From contig JBHPFX010000006.1 of NCBI GenBank assembly GCA_042570925.1, forward strand, positions 1 through 47,830: a stretch of DNA of 47,830 bases, given 5' to 3'. The notes under the pieces were generated by a model. It did not search any database. It was given only the letters and a program-made list of their open reading frames with translations, and had not been told where the DNA came from. Shown here one piece after another: positions 28,706 through 37,219 of this stretch. Each line of letters starts with the position of its first letter. Position 1 is the stretch's first letter. The position numbers and the translations under genes were made by a program. Source of the stretch: Patescibacteria group bacterium (GTDB lineage Bacteria; Patescibacteriota; Patescibacteriia; UBA10025).

Positions 28706-28863
28706 CCCCGCCATTCGCCCTTCGGCCCTTCATTTCATTCCCTTTCGGGCCTGAGAGGCCCTCAGGGCCTCGAACGGCAAGGACTTCGTTAAACTCAGGA
28801 CTCAGGCGGGATCTTTGAGAATCGAATCCTAGGCGCTACGCACGCTCGCAGCTTCGAATCTCA
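28706..28863. repeat. Cluster of nested palindromic mini-elements
   Basis: Outer CCCGCC...GGCGGG encloses CCCTTCATTTCATT|CAAGG, an inner CCTTTCGGGCCTGAGAGGCCCTCAGGGCCTCGAACGG and CTTCGTTAAACTCAGG; then TGAGAATCGAA...TTCGAATCTCA (28816-28863). Confidence 0.8.
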
Positions 28864-28918
28864 TGCTAACTTTACGGCTACTACGCTTAAAGAACCTGAA
28901 AGCTTTTTTGAAATAAAT

Positions 28919-28956
28919 TGCTCCTACGAGGATTCGAACCTCGATCAAAGGCTCCG
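28919..28956 (-). pseudogene. Orphan 3' half of a tRNA (probably Arg, NCG)
   Basis: CGGA-GCCTT-TGAT-CGAGG-TTCGAAT-CCTCG-TAGGAGC-A gives a perfect T-arm and acceptor 3' strand; no matching GCTCCTA 5' strand seen nearby. Confidence 0.75.
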
Positions 28957-28970
28957 CCCCGCACCATATA

Positions 28971-29042
28971 TGTCCCCGAGAGGATTCGAACCTCTATTAC
29001 AAGATCCGGAATCTTGTGTCCTATCCATTGAACGACGGGGAC
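28971..29042 (-). tRNA. tRNA-Arg (anticodon CCG)
   Basis: GTCCCCG/CGGGGAC acceptor, D-loop CAATGGATAG, CAAGA-TT-CCG-GA-TCTTG, AGAGG-TTCGAAT-CCTCT; CCA not encoded. Confidence 0.96.
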
Positions 29043-29078
29043 GCAAATGGTGCGGGATCTTCGTTCGCTCCGCTCACT

Positions 29079-29203
29079 TCGAGAATCTTGCGTCCCACCT
29101 GTCCCGAACTCGAACGAAGAGAGAAGTGAGGGATCCATTGCTGAAAGCCCTGAGTGAGCGAAGGGCTGAAAGTCCCGAGCGGAGCGAGGGAAACTATGGG
29201 GGC
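29079..29203 (-). pseudogene. 5' half of a tRNA split into three pieces by palindromic insertions
   Basis: GCCCCCATAGTT (29203-29192) + CAATGGAT (29140-29133) + GGGACGCAAGATTCTCGA (29096-29079) aligns with the 5' half of the intact tRNA-Arg; complementary TGGGGGCA lies at 28701-28694. Confidence 0.6.
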
Positions 29204-29210
29204 GCGCTAA

Positions 29211-29936
29211 TTAATGTGAATGCTTTCGCCTCTGGAGAAGATCGACCATGTGTTTAATGTCATCTGGTCTCCCAAAATCAAGCCATCCGTCTTCAAGTTT
29301 TTGGACTTTTGCCCTTCCCTCTTTTGCAAGCGCAGTTATTACATCTGTAATCTCATATTCCCCACGTGACGACACTTCAACTTTTTTAATATAGTCAAAA
29401 ACGTCCGGAGTAAATTTATACAAACTCGTATTTACGAGATTACCTACGTATTCTTTTGGTTTCTCAGCAATTCTTTGAAGAATGCCTTTATCATCACAAA
29501 CCAATACTCCTTTCTCTTCTGGGTGCTCATCTATTAAGCCCCCAACATACGTAAATTCATCATCGTGTTCCCTCATGCGCTGTAAATCCTCAGCAGAATA
29601 ATAGTTGTCCCCGGCTATTGATACAAATTGTTTTCCCGATAAATACTTTTCGGTGCACATAACCGGACAAGCAGTGCCATACTTATCAGGCAATGCCTCA
29701 TATTGATCAATGAGTGTTATGGGATATGAATGTTTGGCAACAAACTCTTCGAGCTTTTCTTTCTTATGCCCAATAACTAAAAAAATCTTCGTGAAGCCGG
29801 CTTCCATGACATTATCCAAGACATAATGCAAAAATGGCCTCCCCTCCACTTCGAGAAGGTGCTTGGGCATGTCTTGAGAAAGATGCTTCATTCGAGTTCC
29901 TTTCCCACCTGCTGATATAAGAATGTCAGTAATCAT
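29211..29936 (-). CDS. Sugar-phosphate nucleotidyltransferase (NTP_transferase family)
   Basis: ISAGGKGTRM...PKHLL, YGTA, AGDN, EKP, SSRGEYEITD, WLDFG. Confidence 0.9.
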   Translation of the reverse strand: MITDILISAGGKGTRMKHLSQDMPKHLLEVEGRPFLHYVLDNVMEAGFTKIFLVIGHKKEKLEEFVAKHSYPITLIDQYEALPDKYGTACPVMCTEKYLSGKQFVSIAGDNYYSAEDLQRMREHDDEFTYVGGLIDEHPEEKGVLVCDDKGILQRIAEKPKEYVGNLVNTSLYKFTPDVFDYIKKVEVSSRGEYEITDVITALAKEGRAKVQKLEDGWLDFGRPDDIKHMVDLLQRRKHSH

Positions 29937-29971
29937 ATTTGAGTAATACTATCATAAGATAAATTAATGGC

Positions 29972-30985
29972 CTACCGTCGCCTGGCTGTTGAGTACATAC
30001 GATACCACCACTTTTTCAGCGGAGCATCAAACGTTCCTATATACATCACGTCCGTTCCGCTAAAGCCGCGCTTGAAACGGGTAATCCCTACCCATGAATG
30101 ATCCTCAGAAGCATCTTTCGGAGCAACACCCCAGAAATCATACCAGCCTTTTCCGCTTTCCTTTGCATCGAGAATCTGCTGCCATTGAAGAAGGTGGGGC
30201 GCCATCACATTTCGAAATTGATTCGCTGACGCTCCATGGACATACGTACACATATCTCCGAAAGAGATGACAATGTTCGCCGCTATCACTTTTCCTTCAA
30301 ACTCTGCGTAATATAAATGAATAAAGTCTTCTGGAAGATTACGGAACATTTGCTCGTAATAATGTGATTCATGAGATTGGAATTGATCACGTTCAGTGGT
30401 TTCAATGTTAAGCTGATTAAAATGCTTTATTTCATTAATACCGCCTTTATGGATCTTCACTCCTTTTTTCTGTGCAAGACGAATGTTGTAGCGAGTCTTT
30501 TGATGCATATGTGACAATAATTCCTCTGACGAATATCCTAAATCAAGAATAGAGGTATCTGACGGCTGAATCGATTTTGTTTGTGTCAACGAGAAATCTT
30601 TCATTATTTTTGGAAAAGACTCAATGTCCCCTTTTTCAAAAGACGGTTCCATTCGTATAAAGACCGCTCCTGCTTTATTAGCTTCCTCACTCAAGGTTGT
30701 AAGAAAAAAAGACAATGACGGAACACAATTCTCTGCCGGAAGATTGAATTTCAATATTGGTCCGCGAGGAATATACCAATAGCTTTTCCGCGCAGGCATG
30801 GAAACTTGTAAGACTGAAGCAGTCCCAATTAATGTGGACTCATCATACAGACCGAATCTTTTTACACCAAACTGTTCTGTTTCTTTAAATGCTCCCCACG
30901 CCCATGACTGCAAAAACTGACTCCGTGGCTGTGAGACAACGAACTCGTCCAGCTCTTTTTGATCACGAATCTCTTGAACATCCAT
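29972..30985 (-). CDS. FemAB/FemX-family peptidoglycan bridge peptidyltransferase
   Basis: FLQSWAWG, YIPRGP, KTRYNIRLAQKKGV, YDFWG, GITRFKRGF. Confidence 0.92.
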   Translation of the reverse strand: MDVQEIRDQKELDEFVVSQPRSQFLQSWAWGAFKETEQFGVKRFGLYDESTLIGTASVLQVSMPARKSYWYIPRGPILKFNLPAENCVPSLSFFLTTLSEEANKAGAVFIRMEPSFEKGDIESFPKIMKDFSLTQTKSIQPSDTSILDLGYSSEELLSHMHQKTRYNIRLAQKKGVKIHKGGINEIKHFNQLNIETTERDQFQSHESHYYEQMFRNLPEDFIHLYYAEFEGKVIAANIVISFGDMCTYVHGASANQFRNVMAPHLLQWQQILDAKESGKGWYDFWGVAPKDASEDHSWVGITRFKRGFSGTDVMYIGTFDAPLKKWWYRMYSTARRR

Positions 30986-30986
30986 A

Positions 30987-31550
30987 CTATGTCTTTGCCA
31001 AACTTTTTAATGCAGCTTTAATACGCGCGTCATCTCCTTTAACACTTTTTGGAACTTTTGCTAACGCTGTTCGAGCTTCAGAAGTTGAGTAACCCAGTGC
31101 AACAAGCGCATCAATCTCTTCAGAGTTTTCTGCAGGTTTTTTTGTCTTACCTTTCTGAAAAATGGATTTCAATTCTAAGACAAGTCTTTCGGCAGTCTTT
31201 TTTCCGATACCCTTAATCTGCTCAAGTGTTGAAGAATCTCCATGAGCAATTGCCTCCTTTAACTGTGTAATGGAAACTTTTTCTAAAATGTTCATTGCCG
31301 TCTTTGGACCAATGCTCGTGACCGTGAGTAGCTTCTTGAAAATTTCTACTTCCTCGATTGTAATAAAACCATAAAGCTCCATGAGATTTTCACGCATTTC
31401 CAGATGGGTAAAAAGTTCTATCGAGGTGTTTGCTTCACTTTCATTGCACACTGCTGTAGACACAACCACGCGATAACCTACACCATTTGCATCAACAATA
31501 AGATATCCCTCCGCTTTATGTCGAATAACTCCTGAAAGATGTGCAATCAT
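30987..31550 (-). CDS. ruvA: Holliday junction branch migration protein RuvA
   Basis: MIAHLSG, GVGYRV, LYGF, IGPKTA, GIGKKTAERLVLELK, ALVALGY; start at MIAHL. Confidence 0.95.
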   Translation of the reverse strand: MIAHLSGVIRHKAEGYLIVDANGVGYRVVVSTAVCNESEANTSIELFTHLEMRENLMELYGFITIEEVEIFKKLLTVTSIGPKTAMNILEKVSITQLKEAIAHGDSSTLEQIKGIGKKTAERLVLELKSIFQKGKTKKPAENSEEIDALVALGYSTSEARTALAKVPKSVKGDDARIKAALKSLAKT

Positions 31551-31632
31551 AGTGTCACTAGTATACCAAATTGAACCAAAAAGGCGACGATTGATAGTAA
31601 TCGCCACCCTTATGAAATTCTAAGTAAAATTC

Positions 31633-33210
31633 TTAGGCAGCTTCAGGAGTATTCCGAAGTCGGCTTGTTGCATCGGTGAAATGTTGTATTGCATCCGCTG
31701 CCACCTTGTCGACGTCCTGTGATGCGTCTTCACTGCAATCAATCTGGAGCTTACTGTCATCCTTTTTCATTGTGATAAGCTTGTTCTCATTTTCTCCATG
31801 ACCAAATTCATATATACCACGAACTTCGTCATCGAGAAGCATGTTATAACCAGCTTTTTCGAACTCAGTGGTCAAGAAATCCCGAAGTGCACGACGAACA
31901 TATGGGGTAGTCTCCCATACCCGATATGGTTCAATAATTGAGGGCTTGGGCTCTTCTTTACGTGATCCTGACTTATTGATTTTAAACAGCGGCACAAGAA
32001 TAATCGGTGCCATCAATGTTGTAACAATCGTCATCATAATTGACACACCAAAAATCTCTGACTCAATGATTCCTGCCGATAAACCGATACCAGCAATAAT
32101 TAATGCCACCTCACCCCGTGGTAACATGCCGATACCGATGCGTGCACTACCGAGAAAGTTAAACCCTGAAAACAATGCTGGAACTCCAGAGCCGATTACT
32201 TTTCCGATTATCGCCAATCCAGTTAAAGCGAGACCGAACGCCAATCCAGCTGCCATTGCCTTAAAGTCTACGAGTGTACCCATGATAGCAAAAAACACCG
32301 GGACAATGATGTGTGACGCACCAGCGAGCTTTTCCTCTAAATCTTTTTTAATTTGCGTTACCGATAATAGGATACCAGCCATATATGCTCCAATAATCAT
32401 TGCGAGGCCAAACTGTTCAGCTAGTGCGGCGATAAGAAAAGCAATCGCAGCAGCTATGGCTGCATAGGTCTTTCCTTCCAGCTTATGAAGAATATTTGAT
32501 AGCCGTTTTGCAAAAATGATTCCCAGTACCGTTACCACAGCAATGAATCCAAGTGCTTTGAGTCCGATTATTCCAAGTGCACCCCAGTCAATTGATCCTC
32601 CTCCAGTTGCTGAAAGATTTAATACCAGAGCCAAAACAAGAATGCCTAAAACGTCGTCAATGACTGCGGCAGCAAGAATTGAAACACCTTCTTTTGTATC
32701 CAACTTATACATATCCGCCAACACACGTGCGGTGATACCTACTGATGTGGCTGTCATAATCGCTCCAATGAAAAGCGCTGTACCATCCATCATGCTGGTC
32801 GCAAATCCAAACTGAACAGTTGCCCACGCACCAAGGAAAAAAGGTAACACGACACCGCCAATACCGATTCCAAGCGCCTTTACCCCGTATTTCATAAACA
32901 TCCTGGCATTCGTTTCAAGACCAACGAGAAATAATAGCAATACAGCTCCAATTTGACCAACAAAATAAAGTTCGGAAGATATTGGTAACGTTGAAGCATG
33001 CTCGCCGATCTTTTCTATGATAGGAAACAGCGGCCCAATACCGGGGATATCAATCATCCCAAGAGCAAACGGACCAATTGCCATACCGGCAATCAGCTCG
33101 CCCAATACCTCAGATTGATTCATTTTCTTAAAAATCAACCCAAAAAGCTTTGCTACTAAGAGTAAAACTGCTAATTGGAGAGTTAAATGTGCTAGTTCGT
33201 GTGGTGCCAT
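31633..33210 (-). CDS. Cation:proton antiporter (CPA2, NapA/Kef-like) with a soluble C-terminal extension
   Basis: GELIAG, LLFLVGLE, ATSVGIT, AAVIDDVLG, PRGEVAL; start placed at MAPHEL (33210) because the longer ORF runs through the cupin gene. Confidence 0.92.
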   Translation of the reverse strand: MAPHELAHLTLQLAVLLLVAKLFGLIFKKMNQSEVLGELIAGMAIGPFALGMIDIPGIGPLFPIIEKIGEHASTLPISSELYFVGQIGAVLLLFLVGLETNARMFMKYGVKALGIGIGGVVLPFFLGAWATVQFGFATSMMDGTALFIGAIMTATSVGITARVLADMYKLDTKEGVSILAAAVIDDVLGILVLALVLNLSATGGGSIDWGALGIIGLKALGFIAVVTVLGIIFAKRLSNILHKLEGKTYAAIAAAIAFLIAALAEQFGLAMIIGAYMAGILLSVTQIKKDLEEKLAGASHIIVPVFFAIMGTLVDFKAMAAGLAFGLALTGLAIIGKVIGSGVPALFSGFNFLGSARIGIGMLPRGEVALIIAGIGLSAGIIESEIFGVSIMMTIVTTLMAPIILVPLFKINKSGSRKEEPKPSIIEPYRVWETTPYVRRALRDFLTTEFEKAGYNMLLDDEVRGIYEFGHGENENKLITMKKDDSKLQIDCSEDASQDVDKVAADAIQHFTDATSRLRNTPEAA

Positions 33211-33340
33211 ATATAATGATAAATAATTAAACGAGTATTCCGCGGGATTTTCTGCCTGCGGGTATTTAACGTGTACAATACAAAAACTGGCGAAAGAGTC
33301 AAGGGTAATGTTTTTTACCATTATCCACTTCAAAGAAAGG

Positions 33341-33369
33341 TTGACAATCGGGTAACCACTTGATATGAT
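33341..33369 (+). promoter_or_regulatory. Promoter of the cupin gene
   Basis: TTGACA-17-TATGAT with extended TG. Confidence 0.75.
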
Positions 33370-33423
33370 CTTCCTTCGTCCTTTTTTTCGTCCACCTCCA
33401 TACACAAGAGGAGTTGTGAACTC

Positions 33424-33786
33424 ATGGAACACATCACGAGAACTGACGGAACCTGGGTTGAGTGTCTCGGTTATTCCAAGAAGTTGCTCTTTGATGGTAA
33501 ACAGATTGGTATGCCCGGAGTGATTATTCAGATGGTACGAATTCGTCCGGGGTATACAGCCCAAGAGCACCATCACAGAAGTTGTACAGAATATTTCTAC
33601 TTCCCTGCATGCAACGGGGAATGGTACGTCGATGGGCAAAAGATTGACCTGCAGTCCGGCGACTCCCTGGTCATCCAACCAGGCGATGTGCATGAAGTCA
33701 GGAACACCGGCACAAGAGACTTCGTCTACATCGCATTCAAGATGAATGTGGTACCTGACGACTTTTTCGCAGGTAAACCAGAGTAG
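33424..33786 (+). CDS. Cupin domain protein
   Basis: HHHRSCTEYFY and GDSLVIQPGDVHEVRNTG cupin motifs; SD AGAGGAG. Confidence 0.9.
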   Translation: MEHITRTDGTWVECLGYSKKLLFDGKQIGMPGVIIQMVRIRPGYTAQEHHHRSCTEYFYFPACNGEWYVDGQKIDLQSGDSLVIQPGDVHEVRNTGTRDFVYIAFKMNVVPDDFFAGKPE

Positions 33787-33808
33787 CGCCCAACTCCAAC
33801 GATTTCTA

Positions 33809-33846
33809 GCACCCCTTGGATTTCCCGAGGGGTGCTCTACTTTTTA
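33809..33846 (+). terminator. Terminator of the cupin gene
   Basis: AGCACCCCT/AGGGGTGCT stem followed shortly by a T-run. Confidence 0.75.
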
Positions 33847-33868
33847 AAAAACCGCTTAAAATATTGTA

Positions 33869-33909
33869 AAAAAATGATCGGCCGCCGGAGAAGTATCCAG
33901 ACGGCCGAT
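33869..33909 (-). terminator. Terminator of the small minus-strand ORF
   Basis: ATCGGCCG...CGGCCGAT stem followed on the minus strand by CATTTTTTT. Confidence 0.65.
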
Positions 33910-33930
33910 GCCGGAGAAGGGTGTTACACC

Positions 33931-34059
33931 CTATACGACGATTCTGCTCATAAAACCAAAGGCCTTGAACATCTCGCACGACGCGAAGATGATTAGCGGA
34001 ATCATGAGCGGTGAAACAGTTACATGTCGAAACACGGGGTTGGAAAAAAATGCCTCCAA
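33931..34059 (-). CDS. Putative 42-aa small hydrophobic protein MEAFFSNPVFRHVTVSPLMIPLIIFASCEMFKAFGFMSRIVV
   Basis: TTG start 4 nt after AGGGAGG; upstream TTGACA-16-TAGATT promoter (34136-34109); downstream terminator; below the ORF-track cutoff. Confidence 0.55.
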   Translation of the reverse strand: MEAFFSNPVFRHVTVSPLMIPLIIFASCEMFKAFGFMSRIVV

Positions 34060-34194
34060 GGTGCCTCCCTACCGCTGTTGGTTTTTGGGTGAGCGATTTC
34101 CAAAAGTTAATCTAGCAGAAAACTTCATTATGTCAAGTGGTATATATCACACTTCTTTTTTAATTATAGAAAAGGTATACTATAGGGTACGATT

Positions 34195-36189
34195 ATGAAT
34201 TTCCAACTTACATCAACATTTAAACCTACTGGCGACCAGCCAAATGCGATAAAAAAACTCGTAAAGGGTGTTTCTGGCAATATGAAGGAGCAAACGCTTC
34301 TCGGTGTTACTGGTTCTGGAAAGACATTTACGATGGCAAACATCATTCAGCAAATTAAAAAACCTACACTGGTGATTTCGCATAATAAGACGCTGGCGGC
34401 ACAGCTCGCTTCGGAGTTTCAGGACTTTTTTCCGAAAAATGCCGTTCATTACTTTGTTTCATACTACGACTATTACCAGCCTGAAGCATATATTCCAAGA
34501 ACAGATACCTTTATCGAAAAGGAAACGAGTATTAATGAAGAAATTGATCGATTGCGGCACGCTTCCACACAATCACTGCTTTCCAGGAAAGACGTTATTA
34601 TCGTCGCTTCAGTTTCTTGCATTTATGGTCTTGGCTCGCCAAAAGAATATCATAGTGCCGCGCTCACATTAAAGAAAGGTGATGAATACAATCGCAAATA
34701 CTTGCTGGAAAAACTTGTCCTCATGCAATATAAACGCAACCAGCTCGATCTGTGGCGCGGCAGCTTTCGAGTACTCGGAGAAGTAATGGAAATATTTCCT
34801 GCTGTTTCTGAAAATACTTTTTATCGTTTACATTTCTTCGGAGATAATTTAGAAAAGATCGAAGAGGTAGATTCCCTGAAAATGAGTCCAATTGCAAAAT
34901 ATGAAAGTGTCGACATATATCCTGCCACTCATTATCTCCCATCAACTGACAACTTTGATGCAGTACTTAATCAAATTCGAAAGGATCTTAATACACAAGT
35001 GAATGCATTTACTAAAATGAATAAACCGCTTGAAGCCGAACGACTTAATCAAAGGGTAAACTTTGACCTAGATATGATTAAACAAACGGGCTTCTGTTCA
35101 GGAATAGAAAACTATTCGAGATACTTTGATGGTCGAGCACCAGGATCACCACCCTATACATTAATAGATTTCTTCCCAAAGGATTTCCTTCTTTTTATTG
35201 ATGAATCTCATATGACTATTCCACAAATTCGTGGAATGTATGAAGGTGATCGGTCGAGAAAAACAACATTGGTAAATTATGGCTTTCGGCTTCCTGCCGC
35301 ACTTGATAACCGGCCTCTGAATTTCGACGAGTTTAGGGAAAAAATCAATCAAGTGGTCTACGTATCCGCAACGCCGGATATGTATGAGCTTCATCGGTCA
35401 AAACAAGTTGCCGAGCAACTTATCAGACCCACTGGCTTACTTGATCCAACTATTGAGATACGACCGACAAAGCATCAAATCGATAATCTCCTCAGTGAAA
35501 TCCAGAAAAATATTAAGAAAAAGCAACGTGTTCTCGTCACAACACTCACAAAAAGAATGGCTGAAGACCTTTCTGACTATCTTGAGCAGCTGAACATTAA
35601 AGTCCATCACCTTCATTCTGAAATTGACACTTTTGAGCGACTTGAGATTCTCCGGGATCTTCGTACCGGTACGTATGATGTTTTGGTTGGTATTAACTTA
35701 CTTCGAGAAGGACTTGATTTGCCGGAAGTATCCCTTATAGCAATTCTCGATGCCGATAAAGAGGGTTTTTTACGATCATACACAGCACTCATGCAGGTAA
35801 TGGGTCGAGCCGCCCGGCATGTAGAAGGTCGCATCATTATGTATGCTGATAGAACAACACGATCGATGAAAAAAGCTATCACCGAGACACGGCGACGGAG
35901 AAAAATGCAGAAGGAGTATAATACCAAACATCATATTACTCCTCAAACTATCAGAAAAGCTGTTAAAGAATCTCGTCTTGCTGGTCAAAAAGAAAAGAAG
36001 CAAGCTTCTCCTGATCTTAAGCGCATTCCAAAAGAAGAATTCCCACATATCATTCAGGACTTGCAGAATCAAATGGAGCTCGCCGCAAAGAATTTAGAAT
36101 TTGAAAAAGCAGCAAGTATTCGAGACGAGCTTCAAGCTCTTAAAGAGATAGCCAGTAACACTAAGAAAAAAACAAAAAAGCGTATATAA
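34195..36189 (+). CDS. uvrB: Excinuclease ABC subunit B
   Basis: GVTGSGKT, YFVSYYDYYQPEAY, DESH, GINLLREGLDLPEV, C-terminal UVR domain. Confidence 0.98.
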   Translation: MNFQLTSTFKPTGDQPNAIKKLVKGVSGNMKEQTLLGVTGSGKTFTMANIIQQIKKPTLVISHNKTLAAQLASEFQDFFPKNAVHYFVSYYDYYQPEAYIPRTDTFIEKETSINEEIDRLRHASTQSLLSRKDVIIVASVSCIYGLGSPKEYHSAALTLKKGDEYNRKYLLEKLVLMQYKRNQLDLWRGSFRVLGEVMEIFPAVSENTFYRLHFFGDNLEKIEEVDSLKMSPIAKYESVDIYPATHYLPSTDNFDAVLNQIRKDLNTQVNAFTKMNKPLEAERLNQRVNFDLDMIKQTGFCSGIENYSRYFDGRAPGSPPYTLIDFFPKDFLLFIDESHMTIPQIRGMYEGDRSRKTTLVNYGFRLPAALDNRPLNFDEFREKINQVVYVSATPDMYELHRSKQVAEQLIRPTGLLDPTIEIRPTKHQIDNLLSEIQKNIKKKQRVLVTTLTKRMAEDLSDYLEQLNIKVHHLHSEIDTFERLEILRDLRTGTYDVLVGINLLREGLDLPEVSLIAILDADKEGFLRSYTALMQVMGRAARHVEGRIIMYADRTTRSMKKAITETRRRRKMQKEYNTKHHITPQTIRKAVKESRLAGQKEKKQASPDLKRIPKEEFPHIIQDLQNQMELAAKNLEFEKAASIRDELQALKEIASNTKKKTKKRI

Positions 36190-36208
36190 TAAATTCATCA
36201 CGTATTAT

Positions 36209-36970
36209 ATGGATTTATCAAGTAGTAATAAGAAAACGCTTGCAATAGAATTGGTGCTTTTTATCACTGTGGTCACAAGCTTCATGCTGTTTTGGGAATC
36301 AACACTTCTTGCAAGCGGGCTTATCTTTCTAATTGTTATTATTGGATTTATTTTTTTTCATTCAAAAGAAGATATTGTTTTCTTTGTCATTGGAATGATT
36401 CTTGGCACTGTGGGTGAAATTATATGCACCCACTTCAACATATGGACATATTTCAATCCTTCACTTTTGGGCGTTACACTCTGGGTTCCCATGGTATGGG
36501 GGTTTGCGTTCCTTTTCGCACGACGTATTCGAGATACATTCTTTAAGCTCACGCATATACAAATTCATTACGAACACCATTCTAGGCTCCCTCATCAGGT
36601 CACCATCCTTTTTCTTGACCTCCTACTATACCTGACAACAACAATCGTTACACTCTTTCTGTGGGAAACAAATATCGCACTCACACTCGTGCTGACCTTC
36701 ATGCTAATACTCTCGCTACTAAAATTTCATAAGAGAGCTGACTTTTTCTTTATTATTCTCGCAATGATCATTGGAACGATTGTTGAGATCATCGCTACAC
36801 ATATAGGTGTGTGGGAACACGGCAATCAATACATTTTCAAAATACCTTTGTGGATACCAGCCCTTTATGGACTCTTCGCGCTCATCGTGCGAAGAACTAG
36901 CATCACGGTAAATAGATTGTTGTTTAGCAAACACGACGGTTTGCAAAAACCAGTCGACAGAGTAAACTAA
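36209..36970 (+). CDS. Integral membrane protein made of two tandem DUF2878-like repeats
   Basis: GTVGEIICTHFNIWTY...LWVPMVWG repeated as GTIVEIIATHIGVWEH...LWIPALYG. Confidence 0.75.
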   Translation: MDLSSSNKKTLAIELVLFITVVTSFMLFWESTLLASGLIFLIVIIGFIFFHSKEDIVFFVIGMILGTVGEIICTHFNIWTYFNPSLLGVTLWVPMVWGFAFLFARRIRDTFFKLTHIQIHYEHHSRLPHQVTILFLDLLLYLTTTIVTLFLWETNIALTLVLTFMLILSLLKFHKRADFFFIILAMIIGTIVEIIATHIGVWEHGNQYIFKIPLWIPALYGLFALIVRRTSITVNRLLFSKHDGLQKPVDRVN

Positions 36971-37219
36971 CAATCGAAAACTGGTACGTCAATAAAATAT
37001 CTCAAAAGGGAGAAGTCACATGATTATACATCACGAGCCGACCTCTTTTCCCCTTGTGGCCATCCCCTTTGAGGTGAGCCGTCCCGCATCGACTGCGGGA
37101 CACCCGCAAAACCCGTCAGATGATTCGGTGAATCGTACCCAAGATAAGGTGGTACACCTGAAACATCTGACGGGGGTTTTTTGTTTGCATAATAATTGCC
37201 TTCAATCTACAGTTAGATC

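Noticed and set aside
28539-29257. Short ORFs over the riboswitch and tRNA region
   Set aside because: Explained by GC-rich RNA genes and palindromes.
33211-33693. 161-aa N-terminal extension of the antiporter ORF
   Set aside because: It is antisense to the well-supported cupin gene and its promoter; the real start is likely 33210.
33908-34198. 96-aa plus-strand ORF upstream of uvrB
   Set aside because: No SD or recognisable motif; the opposite strand has promoter, SD, ORF and terminator.
37112-37174. Possible hammerhead ribozyme (CAGATGA...GAAAC in a multi-stem junction)
   Set aside because: The core reads CAGATGA rather than CTGANGA, and GAAA does not directly follow stem II.
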